Below are positions 1 to 12,332 of a stretch of DNA of 64,000 nucleotides, piece by piece. The notes beneath the pieces were generated by a model. It had not been told where the DNA came from. It worked only from the letters and a program-made list of their open reading frames with translations, and did no database searches. This DNA comes from Fimicolochytrium jonesii (taxonomy: Eukaryota), in the NCBI RefSeq assembly GCF_025526975.1, contig NW_026515694.1, forward strand, positions 248,001-312,000. The letters are read 5' to 3'. The first letter of the stretch is position 1, and the number at the start of each line of letters is the position of its first letter. The position numbers and the translations under genes were made by a program.

Positions 1-2413
1 GCGGCCCCGACGGGTGGCTTCGAGATCTTGGTACCGCGAAATCTCGAACAGGAAGCTAAAGCAGCGGCGCTCGCGAAAAAGGCAGCAACGCGCGGTATAC
101 GCAAAGCCGACCGAATCCGACGCATGCTGGCACATCGCATGCATTTGCTATGCTTGTTGACGTGTGGGGTGCTGAGGAACAGATGGTGCGACGACAAGGA
201 GTTGCAGGCCGTGACTGTGTCTATCATTCCTGATGACATCTACAAGGGCCTGATAGCCGGGCCAACCGCTTCATCTCGATCTCGGAAAGGGAAGCAGACA
301 CCGAAAAAGCAATTGCCCTATTACCTCGGCTTGCTTGCGGGCTGGTGGAAAGGGCAGATTGAGGTCAGAGACTCGCCGGATCTCAAGCTGACGGGATCAA
401 AAATGTTGACGGAGAAGTTTTCCGAATATCTGGAAAAGAAGATGGAGGGTGACGATGGCTACTTACCTGGAGAGGTGTCTGCGTTGCTTTTCACGTCGGC
501 ATGTCGAGGTTTGGGCATGAAGGCCAGGCTGGTATACTCTTTGCACCCCATTCCTCTCTCGCTGGCAACGAAAGCAACGAAATTGTCACCGAAGAAAGCA
601 GAGATTCAACGCGGTGGACGGAGCGCTCCCGTATCAGACAATGACAGCGACGAAGTGGAGGCCACCGTGATAAGACCTGGCAGATTCACCGGCAGGCAAC
701 GGAGGGAACCGAATGCCACAACTGCTATGAGTGTCCCATATCCTTTGGAATGCTGGTGCGAAGTTTACTCGGAGCAGGACGGAGACTGGATACCGGTGGA
801 TCCTGTACGCGGGGTCGTGAACAACACAGCTGCTATGGAACCACCTGTATCTGCACCGATGCAGTTGCAGATCACATATGTGGTTGCATTCGAGTCAGGT
901 GAGCCTAGTCTTGTCTCACAGTCACTGTCACGGGCGATACTCATCCGTCACGTCACGATAGGATTCGGCGTCAAAGACGTAACACAACGCTACACCTCTC
1001 AATGGGGCGCACGTACGATGCGGCTAAGGCTGCCTCCTGGCCCAGAGGGCGAAGATTGGTGGAAGCGGTCACTATGGTTCTTCTCGAATTCTGGCAGAAG
1101 CCGGGATGACGAACGGGAAGATACTCAATTGAAGAAGGCAGTGGTGCAGGAAAAGATGCCCCAGAGTTTGGCAGGTTTCAAGGATCATCCAATATATGCG
1201 TTGGAAAGGCATCTCAAGAAATATGAAGTGATCCATCCCCACGGGGTCGAACATTCCATTGGCAGGTTCAAAAACGACCACGTCTATCCCCGTAGTCTGG
1301 TGAAAGAGCTCCGAACTCCCGAGAACTGGATCAAGCTCGGCCTGCGGATAAAGGACGGCGAAGAGCCGTTCAAACACGTCAAAGCCAACGCAGTAACCAT
1401 CAACCGACGCCGCCAGATCGAGCTCGAGAAGTTGGACGAGCCAAGGGGACGGGAGGAGCGCGGCTTTGCGGGTGACTCCTCTATGACGGCGCTCTACGGC
1501 GAATGGCAGACGGCGGAGTATGTTGCCCCGCCGCTCGTGGACGGAGTCATTCCCAAGAACTCGTTTGGGAATATCGAGGTGTTTCACCCGCGGATGATTC
1601 CGCCGGGTTGTGTTCATTTACCTTGTAGGCAATGGTTCCGATTGGACTGTGTCACGGGCCCCCCTCGCTAACCTACTTCTCCGCAGTGCCCGGCGTAAAT
1701 GTCCTTGCCAGGAAGCTCGGCATTGAACATGCCGTCGCAGTGGTGAGTTCTTAGTGGAGTCTGGCCTTACTCAATCATTCGTATCACATGGACATCTCAT
1801 CAAACTCTTTTCCATCTGCTCGTCATCACAGACAGGGTTTGAGTTCCATCGCGGCAAATCAACACCAGTCAAAAACGGCGTAGTCGTAGATGCAGAATTT
1901 GAAGACGTGCTTACAGCGGCTTACGAAGAGAACCAACAGCGTCTTCGCGAACAGGAACTAAAGAAACGCGAGAAGAGGGTATATGGGCATTGGAGGAAGT
2001 TGATTATCAGTCTGTTGAGCAAGGACAGGCTGTTCAAGGAATACATGAAGGATGGAGAGGAGGAAGTGGAGGGTGTTGAGGAAGAGGAGGAAAAGATGGA
2101 TATTGATGGCGGTGAGAGTGAAGCGGATGTTGAATTCGAGGATAACGACGGAATGGAAATGGATGGTTATGAGAACTCGGCTCGACCAGGGAGCGGAGAT
2201 GGAGGAGGTTTCATGAATGCAGATGAGGATGATGATAATGTCGGCCACAACTTCGGTGGAGGCGGGTTCTTCAATGAGGATGAAGATTACGATGCCGCTC
2301 CCAGTATGGGCGGCGGAGGCTTCATCCCCGATGACGAAGGAGGAAACACGGCAGTTGGCGCCAATCAGTCAGATTTCATTGCCGGAGGATTTTTGGCAGA
2401 TGATCAAGACTGA
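1..2413 (+). CDS. RAD4: Rad4/XPC DNA damage recognition protein (5' end lies outside the window)
   Basis: Motifs HRMHLLCLL, CWCEVY..WIPVDP, KDVTQRY, FKDHPIYALERHLKKYE, LYGEWQT, IPKNSFGNIEVF and TGFEF. Introns at about 899-961, 1625-1686 and 1743-1831. Stop at 2411-2413. Confidence 0.95.
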
Positions 2414-3151
2414 GAGCGGAAACCACACGCATTGCATAGCTTCTCCACTGCCGAGTGATCTTTTGTACATTCCTTCTGTTGCTTTACGTATTTCAGAGGC
2501 AAATCAATATCTGTAGGTAGACCAAATTGATTAGGCTATCTTGAAGTGCGGATGTCGGATGACGGAAGGCGAACTGGGCCCACTGATTCAAATGGGTATA
2601 CGCACGGGTAGCATCGCAATAAGGCGGGTCGCGGGTGTACTTGCAGTTGCAAATAGAGAATAATGTCTGATCGGTCGGAACTTTCCATCGTTTGGGTTTG
2701 AAGCCCGTTCCTTTATGGCTGACATCTTCAGTCATCAATTGGGGGAAGGGGAACAAGTGATTAGTCGTCACTTCCGATGAACTGCCGCTTCACGGAATGG
2801 CATTCCCATACCATCGCACCACGGTTGTGTTGTGCTTAATCTGTGGATATAAGTGAACTACTTGTTCAGCACGGTGATGTCCCAAATCGTTCAAATCCAG
2901 GTTAGATGAACCCAAACATATACCCGCAAGTGCACCAGGATTTGACCTCTCCTCCTTTGAGATCTCGCAGATTGCATGGGCCATACTGTAAAAAATGAAA
3001 GGTGTCAAAGGACCTGAATAGAAGGCAACTGCGGTGACACCCCCTATCCAACCACAATATGCTAATGTGCTGTTCCACTTACCATAGGAATACATGGCTT
3101 CAGGCACGGTTTGCTACCGAGATCCTCTATAGGGACTGTTTCGGCACTCAT
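2404..3151 (-). CDS. Two-CDGSH iron-sulfur (NEET, CISD3/MiNT-like) protein, 5 exons
   Basis: Manual splicing gives MSAETVPIEDLGSKPCLKPCIPM|YGPCNLRDLKGGEVKSWCTCG|LSTTQPWCD|DVSHKGTGFKP...SICNCKYTRDPPYCDAT|HIDLPL...LCNACGFRSQS*, which has two CDGSH-type 3Cys-1His motifs. Confidence 0.85.
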
Positions 3152-3643
3152 GAGCACTCTGCGCTGTCCAAGGATGCGACCGTTCACCGTTCCAAGTGGA
3201 ATTCATCTGGTGGTCGTTACCAAGGAGCGATGCTGCGATGGGCGACGCGGAGCCTGACGCCGTCCGTGACCACTTCGCGACGTCAACTGTCCTTCGAGGC
3301 GGTTGACTGCGCAAACGCCTTGTCGTCGTCAAACTCAAATGCCCTTTTTGGACTCATGGGGAAGGGGATTATCGACTTTGGCAAGGACTTTGAAGCCGGA
3401 GCGAGCAACAAGTTTTCTTCCGTCACGCTTCACAAGCGCAGGGCACCGGTGGAACGGATCTGGTCCCGTTTCCGCGATGAGTCGATGCACTTTTCTCGTA
3501 CATAGGAATGTTAGCTTAGTTCTTCCTGCATGTAGCAAATGTACGTAGTGACTGAGACGTTGATGAACGTGTATATGTTGATTTAACAGTGGACCTCTAT
3601 CTAAGCGACGTCTCATCATACGCCGGACATCTCTTCGACGATC

Positions 3644-5066
3644 TTACACCCAATCCTTCGGATTCTTCAAGACCTCTAACAGCTTCGCCTCGGGGGTTCC
3701 AGGCTCCGGCGTGTGTCCATACTCCCACCTCGCCTTCAACGGCAACGACATCAACACGCTCTCTATCCTCACGCCCGGCGTCGCCAACCCGAACTTCGTC
3801 CCCCTATCATGCACAAGGTTGAACTCGACATATCGGCCCCTCCGCATCTGCTGCCACCGCTTGTTCTCCTCCGTGTAAGGCAAGTCCTTCCTCTTCTCCA
3901 AGATAGGCATGTACTGCTCCACGAAACTGTGGCCACAGTCATGCACGAATTCAAAGATCTCGTTCGGGTCCTTGTTCTCGAGGTCGTCGAAGAAGATCCC
4001 GCCGATCCCGCGCCGTTCGCCCCGGTGTTTGACGTCAAAGTACTCGTCGCACCATTTCTTGAATTTGGGGTAATAGCCCGCGTCGTGTTTGTCGCAGGCC
4101 TGCTTGATCACTTTATGGAAGTGGACTGCATCTTCTTCGAATAGGTACGAGGGCGTCAAGTCGCAGCCGCCGCCAAACCACCAAGCGACGGGCTTGGTGT
4201 GGTCGCCTCCCTCCTCCACAAGCTCAAAGTAGCGGTAGTTGGCGTGGACGGTAGGGGCCATAGGGTTGTGCGGGTGCAACACCAGCGAAATCCCGGCCAC
4301 AAACATGTTGTACGGTCCTTTATCGATCCCCTCTCGCTTCCTCGCCCTCATGTGCGCCAGCATCTGTTCCGGCGCCTTTGAGGCGATAATGGAGATGTTG
4401 ACTCCGGCCTTTTCAAAGACTTTGCCGTCCTGCATGATGCAGGAGATCCCGACACCGCCTTCTTTGCGGACCCAAGAGTCGCGGAAGAAACGACCGCCGT
4501 CGGGGCCTTCGGCTTCTTCGACCGCTGCTGTGATTTCGGATTGGAGGTTCTGCACGAAGTCGGCCATCTTTCGGCTGATCTCGGTTTGTGTCAAGTCCTG
4601 TGGATTGGTTTGAGCCCGTTAGGCTGCATTTGACTGGTTAGCGATAGGAAAGCATAGTTCAATTTTCATACCTCAGTCGACTTGACAGCAGCATTCAAGT
4701 TTTCTTCCGACTCGGTACGGATGGCGGGCTCACAGAGCAGCTCACTCGAAGGACGCTACGGAAGACGCGGTGAATCAGGAATGAGCTTGGAGATGCTTTC
4801 AGAATACAGAACACACAGGAACTCACGTTCTGCAGGTAGAGCCATCCTGCCGCTGCTGCACCAAAGAGTCCAACCAACGCAGATGTTCCTTTTGCATTCC
4901 GACCGAACTGCTGGACGGATGGGGATGTCGAGAACTGCCGGGCACAGCCCACCGGTTGCCGCCTCGCACATGGACTCCTCGTTATAAGGACACTTGGCGC
5001 AGATTTCTGTGGGCGGAAGGATGCAGCCGTCCTGGCGTGCCGCAAGGCACTCTGCAACGCTTTCAT
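3644..5066 (-). CDS. HEM13: Oxygen-dependent coproporphyrinogen III oxidase with N-terminal presequence
   Basis: Motifs FEKAGVN, HPHNPMAPTVHANYRYFE, WWFGGGCDLTP and RRGRYVEFNL. Introns at about 4826-4756 and 4671-4598. ATG at 5066 (MKALQSALR). Confidence 0.96.
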
Positions 5067-5168
5067 TGCGACACTGATGAAACAGACGCCCTGAAAGGTC
5101 AGTTTAGTGGAGGACTCGACCGCCGACAGCCGACCGTCATTCAAGTCGCGCTTCCAACAGCTCGCGAG

Positions 5169-5223
5169 TGAGTCACCGCACGGGAGTCAGAGTGAGTCAG
5201 CGCGAGTGATTGTGATGAGTCAC
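5169..5223. promoter_or_regulatory. Cluster of Gcn4/AP-1-type TGASTCA elements in the divergent HEM13/asparagine synthetase promoter
   Basis: TGAGTCA at 5169-5175, 5193-5199 and 5216-5222, plus GAGTCA at 5184-5189. A TATA-like TATATAAG lies at about 5444 before the ASN ATG. Confidence 0.7.
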
Positions 5224-5540
5224 GCAGGGCCCACAATCTCCGCCAGAATCGCCCCCTTTCGCACATGCCTCGTCTCCCATAAAACACTCCCACTCCCAGG
5301 TTTTTTGGCACAATCGCTCCAGTTCTCCACTTGCTGCAACGGCAGTAATTATCACCGTCGCTCGTCTCTCCGCAACTCCTGCCATCCAAACGCATTTGCC
5401 GGTGCATCGCTTCTTTGGGTAGGTGGCATTCCACGCACCCTGGTATATAAGTCTAGGGATACCGAACTTACCATATTAGCGTCAGTGCCCTCAGAATCAG
5501 AACACCTGCTATCCGCAAACCGGAAAACGTCGTTTGAACA

Positions 5541-7817
5541 ATGTGTGGAATCTTTGCAGTCCTCGGCTGCGGCGAGGATATGGAGCAATTTCGACCCCGC
5601 GCCGTCCACTTGTCAAAAAAGTGAGTGGCACCTTGCATATTGCACGACTGAGCGGCTGTCTCCAAGTTTGCGGTTACTCACTCGGTGCTCCATCATCGAT
5701 TACCGTTTTCCTCCCTAGAGTCCGCCACCGGGGCCCCGATTGGTCTGGGTTGAAGATCTGCGATAACAACATCATTTGCCATGAACGTCTTGCTATCGTC
5801 GGAGTTGGTACGTGCCAGAATGGAGTGCTAGAGCAGACACACGAATGCATCGCGGAGTCTGCCTAGGATATCTGTCAATCGGTCAAACGACATACTCATC
5901 AACCGGGGCATCTCGCCATTTTGGTTTGCAGAAAGCGGAGCTCAGCCGTTGACCAACGAAGATGAAAGCTTGATCTTGGCTGTCAATGGAGAGATTTACA
6001 ACCACATGACGCTGAGAAAGCTACTGAAAAGGAAGCATAACTTCAAGACCAACTCCGATTGCGAGGTTATCTTGTACTTGGTAGGTGTTTAGTGTTCTCT
6101 ATGAGTATCCAGCTTTCACACTTACGCCGCATCGGACCATTATAGTATGAGGAAGTCGGAGATGAGCTTGTCAACTACCTAGATGGCATGTACAGCTTCG
6201 TTCTGTACGACAAGAAGAAGAAGCGGTACCTTGCAGCTCGCGACCATGTTGGAATCACTACATTGTACCAGGGCTGGAGGCACTCTGATGACTCCGTCTG
6301 GTTTGCTTCCGAAATGAAATGCCTGAGCGAAGACTGCGACCGGATCATAGCTTTCCCCCCCGGTCACTACTACACTAGTGACAACAAAGAGACCATCAAG
6401 TACTACAAACCGCAGTGGGCCGAGGACGCTGCCGCCGGACGACCTCCTCTGGAAGACGAGGAGCAAGAGCAAACCCCCGAGGAGGAAGCCAGGATGTATA
6501 GGTCGTTGCGGCTTGCATTGGAAAAGTCTGTCAAGAAGAGGCTTATGAGTGAAGTGCCGTATGGCGTACTGCTCAGCGGAGGGTTGGACTCGAGTCTGAT
6601 CGCATCGATTGCCGTCCGAATGAGACGAGCTGCAGAAGATGGCAGTAGTGCGGAGGATGGCGATGCTGAAGATGACGATGACATTCGATGTATGTGAAGC
6701 TGATACTGTGATACTTTTCACGACGTCTCGACGTCTTGTCCTAACTCTTCGTCATTCAGCTGCCATATCATCGTCCGCAGCCTTCCCACGACTCCATTCG
6801 TTCTCGATCGGCCTTCCCGGTTCCCCTGACCTCGCCGCTGCTCAACGCGTTGCAACTTTTCTGGGCACAATTCACCACGGCTTTACGTTCACAGTCGAGG
6901 AAGGGCTGGATGCCATCGGAGAAGTTATCGAGCATCTTGAGACTTATGATGTGACTACAGTAAGGGCAAGCACTCCGATGTACCTGCTATCAAGGAAGAT
7001 CAAGGCCATGGGAGTCAAAATGGTTCTGTCTGGGGAGGGCTCCGATGAGATCTTCGGAGGTATTTGGCCTTGAAAGAAGATTGGGTTGCCGTATTCACTT
7101 GCAGGGTTACTTATTACCCATCTGTTTGATGTTCCTAGGCTACTTGTACTTCCACTCGGCGCCGAACGCCCAGGCCCTCCATCACGAGTGTATCTCCCGC
7201 ATCCAGCAGCTGCATACAGCAGACAACCTTCGTGCCAACAAATCCACAATGGCCTGGGGTCTCGAAGCCCGCGTGCCGTTCCTCGACAAGCATTTCCTGG
7301 ACACGGCAATGTCTTTGTCAATCACCCCCGCCAACCGGAAACTCACCTCCCGCGCTCCATACCACCACAAAACCGAGAAATACGTTATCCGAAAGGCTTT
7401 CGACACGCCTGCTGACCCTTACCTCCCTGACGACATATTGTGGAGGCAGAAGGAGCAATTCTCTGACGGCGTAGGGTACTCCTGGATTGATTCCCTGAAA
7501 TCGCATTCGGAACAGAAGATCTCAGACCAGGTGTTTGCGAAGCGAGCGGAGAGATTCCCGCATGATACACCGAACACGAAAGAGGCGTACTGGTTCAGAG
7601 AGGTGTTTGAGCAGAGGTTCCCGCAGAAGGCGTGTTTGGAGAGCGTTGTGAGGTGGATTCCTAGGAGAGACTGGGGTAAGCTTTCTCGTAATGACCAGTC
7701 AGTCTCTATCACCAGGCTTCGTTATCCTCATCTTCCCCATTTTTGTTCGTAGGCTGTCCCGAGGATCCCTCAGGCCGTGCGCAGAAAGGACACAACGCGG
7801 CGTACAACAAGGAGTAA
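5541..7817 (+). CDS. ASN1: Glutamine-hydrolysing asparagine synthetase, 7 exons
   Basis: N-terminal [67 protein letters not shown] and DPSGRA. Six GT-AG introns. Confidence 0.97.
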
Positions 7818-8229
7818 ACTGCCTTTTCGTTCGTCAGATACTGCCGCCATCACCAGTCTGTTTCTTGTACATTTATTTTGTGGCGTACACCCATAAGCTA
7901 GGATTTGAACCCAGACGTAGTATGAACGAATTTTTTCATACCGTTAGTATGAGATTGCATATTTTCTTCGACTTCCTTTCGATGAGCAACACAATCAATA
8001 TCGCACCATCCATGTACATATACATGCAATCGTTATGTGCTTGGGGCACAGAAACAAGGACCTTACACAACATCATCTAGGTACAAGCATCCCTACATAA
8101 GACTTTCCAGTCTGAGCTGAAAGACGTAGGAGGAGCGTTTGGCGCAATTGGTTGGCGTGTGCGAAATCGGTTACGGGGTGAAGAAATTGGCTCTTCCAGG
8201 CCAACTGAACCTCCGCGGTCACTTCGGCG

Positions 8230-9441
8230 CTAAGCTCCACTGCGCTCTTTGTCTATCTTCTCAAGCATATTGATCCTCTGCATACAAGTTGCGATTTATG
8301 AGCAATGACGCTAGGTCGCGGCCATTCATTGAGCAAAGCCAAAACAGTCAGTGCATACCAGCGCAATCTCGCTCTGTATCTGCCGCTTGTGCGGCTGGGC
8401 TTTTCCCATCGCCGTCATGTCGTCCAACCATTTCTTCCTGTCCGAAATTTCGTTCATCACTGAAGATCCAGATATACGTCAGCCGTGGTCCAGCCCCATA
8501 AATGCGACTCAGCGCAACCTACACATATCGAACTCATCAATCTCCTCTTCCCTCTTCGGCGCCGCCGCCCGCCGCCCCTTCCTGCGACGTCCAGGCACTT
8601 CGTCGTCAGACCACAGCTCGCCTTCCGCGGCGGGGGAGACGTCAACCGCAGGTGCGCCGTGGGTTGCCATGAGACGCTGCAGGCGGTGTTTCTCGACGGA
8701 GTAATTTTCTGCACTCACAATTAACATCAGGCATGTGGTCCGTTTGAACCCCAAGGCATGGTTTGTCATCTACGCACTCTGAACACTCGGCCGCCACATA
8801 TCAATCTCAAACGCATCGCTGGCCGCAATCGTCCCCAACGTTCTGATCTGCGGTCTTCTGCCCCGAACAGGCACCGGCGCTCGCTTGCTGGGTGCCGGGG
8901 GTGTGTATCCGATGTGGAGGTCGAGGCAGGATGGATCTGTGGGGCGGAGGGACATGCCGGCTTGCGGGGTGGCGGGGAGTGGGGTTCGGGCTGCGTGGCG
9001 GATGTAGACAAGTAGTGAGTGATTCGGACCGGCTGAGCACGAGGATAATTAAACAAAATATCGGAAACCACCTACAATCTAGAAGACTATCGAGGTGCCG
9101 CTGTTGAGACGCAGATAGTTTGGAAGCATGCATCATTGCTGAAAGCAAGACGAAACGGTTAATCGTAGATCAGTTGCCAAAACACACATCACCCTGGTGC
9201 CTGTTGACCCTCAATACCACCTACATTTAAGAACCCTCCTCGTCCCATAGCTAAGCTCCTTCTCTCTCGCACCCAACGCAATTGTGGTCGCCCCGCCTCC
9301 ATTGCGCTCATGGCTGCCGTTCCGCCAAGGTGGATTTGCTAGATTGGCAGATGGATATGAGCGGAGATTGGGAATGCTGCTGGACTCGAATGAGGTGAGG
9401 CGGTCTGATGTGACCTTGGAATGAGAGCTCATGGTTTCCAT
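8230..9441 (-). CDS. UPF0193 / EVG1 (C22orf23-like) protein, multi-exon
   Basis: Exons encode SYGTRRVLK|AMMHASKLSASQQRHL, EKHRLQRLMATHG and DEFDM|LMNEISDRKKWLDDMTAMGK...IQSEIAL|RINMLEKIDKERSGA*, which match the recalled UPF0193 pattern. The start codon is uncertain. Confidence 0.75.
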
Positions 9442-9734
9442 GGTGGTTCTCTTTAGTGGCTTTTTCCATGGAAGGAGTCTCCGTCCCTAGCATCAAAAAC
9501 GACAGGGCGGAGTACGCGACACCCGTCATTTCCTCACGCGCTTTGTGTTTGCACCAAAGCACCAAAAACAAAAATAAAAGGATCCTACGTACTTGAAGCA
9601 CAGAGTAAAGGAAAAAGATTACACAAAGGGGACGCCATACTACTAGTCTAACTTGGAGAAGAAGAGAAAAGTGCAGAGAGTATCACCGAACACGCGTCGT
9701 CCCGACTGTCCTTCCCATAAACCAACCCGCAAGC

Positions 9735-12332
9735 CTACTTAGAATCACATCCTTTCGGAACTCCGAAGTCTTCCCGTCCGCCTGAAACCGCAGCGACTCC
9801 GAGACCTCGTTTAGCGAAGCCTTTCCAGATCGCGCAGAGGTTCTCACCCTTGTTGTTAACCTCGTCGGCCTGGAGGATGGCGTCGCGAGCGTCGACGAAA
9901 GTAGGGTTGCAAGGCTGCAACTTCATGCCATCGACGACCAGCTGAAGGGCGATGATGTTGCCGGCCTTTTTGGGCGTTTTGTTGGCACTACTGGTGCGAG
10001 GGCGCGGCAACATTTGACCGGTCTTGAAGTCCCTGTATTGAGAAGGGATGGCAGCGTCTTTAACCTTCAGGCCAGTGTTGAACCAGTCAGGGTCAAAACC
10101 GTGCTCGTCGACGAGGTTCCAATACACCTCTGAAAACGATCAATGATGTGTAGTCAGCGGTGGGATCAACAAGGAGCTCCTAAGAACATGCAGACTCACC
10201 GTAGAGGATCTCAGCCCAGACTTCTCCTTTTGCGTGCACGCCCCAGTATCCAGGCTTGTCGATATAGGCGTAAGTGGATGGGTTCGTAGTCATGTTCGTG
10301 GAGTACTGGAAAGATAGAGCTATGAGGTGGTTGCATCCCTTAATGATCCAACGAAACTTGTGATCCGTACCAGGTATCTACGGATTCCGTGGCCGCCGTT
10401 GGCGTACTCTCCCATGCCGAAGTCATCCTGACGCGTCGAGGTGGACGTCGTGCGAGTGACCGTGGCGAAGAAGTCGCCCCATCCCTCACCCATACCGCCA
10501 CTCTCGCCCCAACCAAGACAGCCAACGTTCTCGGGTCCACCGGTCAGCCTCGTAGAGAGCCCGTGGCAGTATTCGTGCATCTGAAAAGCATCGAAGTGTC
10601 AGAGTCGGTAGCAGGCTGCCTTGATCAACTAGAAGCCTTTCTGTACGTACCACAATGCCACCCTCGAGATCTCCATCGCGGAAAGGGTCTGTCACGTCCC
10701 ACACATACATGCGCATGCGAGGCTGCTGGCCATCACGGGGGGTTGCGAAGTTTGCTGGCAATGTATGATGTTAGCTTTGTCGGCCGTGTGAAATACGAGC
10801 ACATGAAGCACACACCATTGTTGTAACCCGAGCCATCTTGAGCATTGGCAATCACAGCATCATTGCCTTTCCCTCCACGCTCGACATTGTCGTGCTGGAA
10901 ATTGCCTGCCTTTTCGTCGAACCCGTACATATCTAGAAATCAGTCATGTCAGAAAGAGGTGTGCTGAAACAAAACCCTCAGACACTTCGTTTCTTACAAA
11001 GCAGGTCGTGGATGGCGTTGTTCCAGTAGAATAGGTTGGTGATGGCAGCATCGACATAGGTTGAAGGAGATTTCTCGAAGTTGATAGGGAAGTCAAACGT
11101 CAAGGATGATGTGCCGTCCGGACGGTGGTTGTCGACCCATCTCGAACTTCCCGCTGTTCGAGTAGATGTTTAGAGACCGGAAACCAGACTTCACCGTTGC
11201 GGCCGAAACTCACCCAAGTTCTCATGCGCGTACACATTGTTTCCGATGGTAACTGTGTGTTTGCCGCCGGATCCTTGGTTGTGCCAGCCTGCAATGATGC
11301 GAATTAGGTACAAGCTTCCAACTTTGCAACGGAAGTTGACTTACCCATAGGGGACGCCACAGGGTGGGCGGGATCCTTGACAAGCACTCTGTCTCCAGAA
11401 TGGGGATCGTTGGTGCCGAGAGGGAAGATGTTGTATGAGGCATCCGACACCCAATCGATCAATTGAACAACTTCGCCTTGAACGGTGTCGACGAAAGCGT
11501 TGTACCAGTTATCCTGCATCTCAATCTCGAGATCCCATACCAGTTTCAGGTGCTGGCCGTCGCTTTCTTGGATCCATTTAAGCCTCGCGGGTATATCGCG
11601 TTCTGCGAATGAGGCACCCGAAATCACAAAGGACGGAACTTGACCAGATCCAGGGGCGAACTGATCAATGGGAGCTTCTTGGAGGAGGGCGTCGTCAAAC
11701 TCAATATTCAAAAGCTTGGTGACCGCTTGTACGGCCTCCAAAGGTCCAAGCTGAAGATGTTCGGCTACTGATGGAGGATTATACGATAGGACGATTTGAC
11801 CGGAAGTGTCTGCCGTATAGAGCTGACCCGTCGCGTCTTGTGACAAAAGCTTTACCGTGTTCTTGTAGAAGGAGTCGCCAAACGAGATAACTTGTCCTGA
11901 TCTGTCAAGGTTGACATTCCCAACGCCGTTGACGATCTCAAGCCCATCTGCATATTGCTGCAAGTATACGTGTGTCACGCCGTTGTGGTCACTTGTATGT
12001 TCGCTGGAGATCCTGATATCCGCGAGCGGTACGCCTGTTTCGTCGGACGCGTATTTCACGGCGGCTTCGAGGCGGCTGCCTTCCACAGGAGTAGCGGTGA
12101 GCGGCGTCACGAAAGGCTGCTCTGGGGAGACCCCATGTTTGAACTTCTGGTGCCTGACGCTGGGACCGAAATTGCCGTGGGTGCGACCCGAATTGCCGTG
12201 AGAGTGCCCTCGAGCATGAAGTCCTTCGTCGACGCGGTCCGCGCGGGACGAAGACAAGACTGCGCACACCGTCGAGGTGGACGTCAGCAAGCCCAGAGCA
12301 AACGCGAGCACTGAGCGTTGGCAGAAAAGCAT
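9735..12332 (-). CDS. Secreted fungalysin (M36) metalloprotease with FTP propeptide
   Basis: Signal peptide, propeptide [51 protein letters not shown] zinc motif, [22 protein letters not shown] and [10 protein letters not shown]. Multi-exon. Confidence 0.96.

Noticed and set aside
1072..1617. Long antisense or alternative-frame ORFs (also 20838-21467, 44665-45396, 45997-46539, 60757-61266)
   Set aside because: They are shadows of well-supported genes in GC-rich coding DNA and contain no recognisable motifs.
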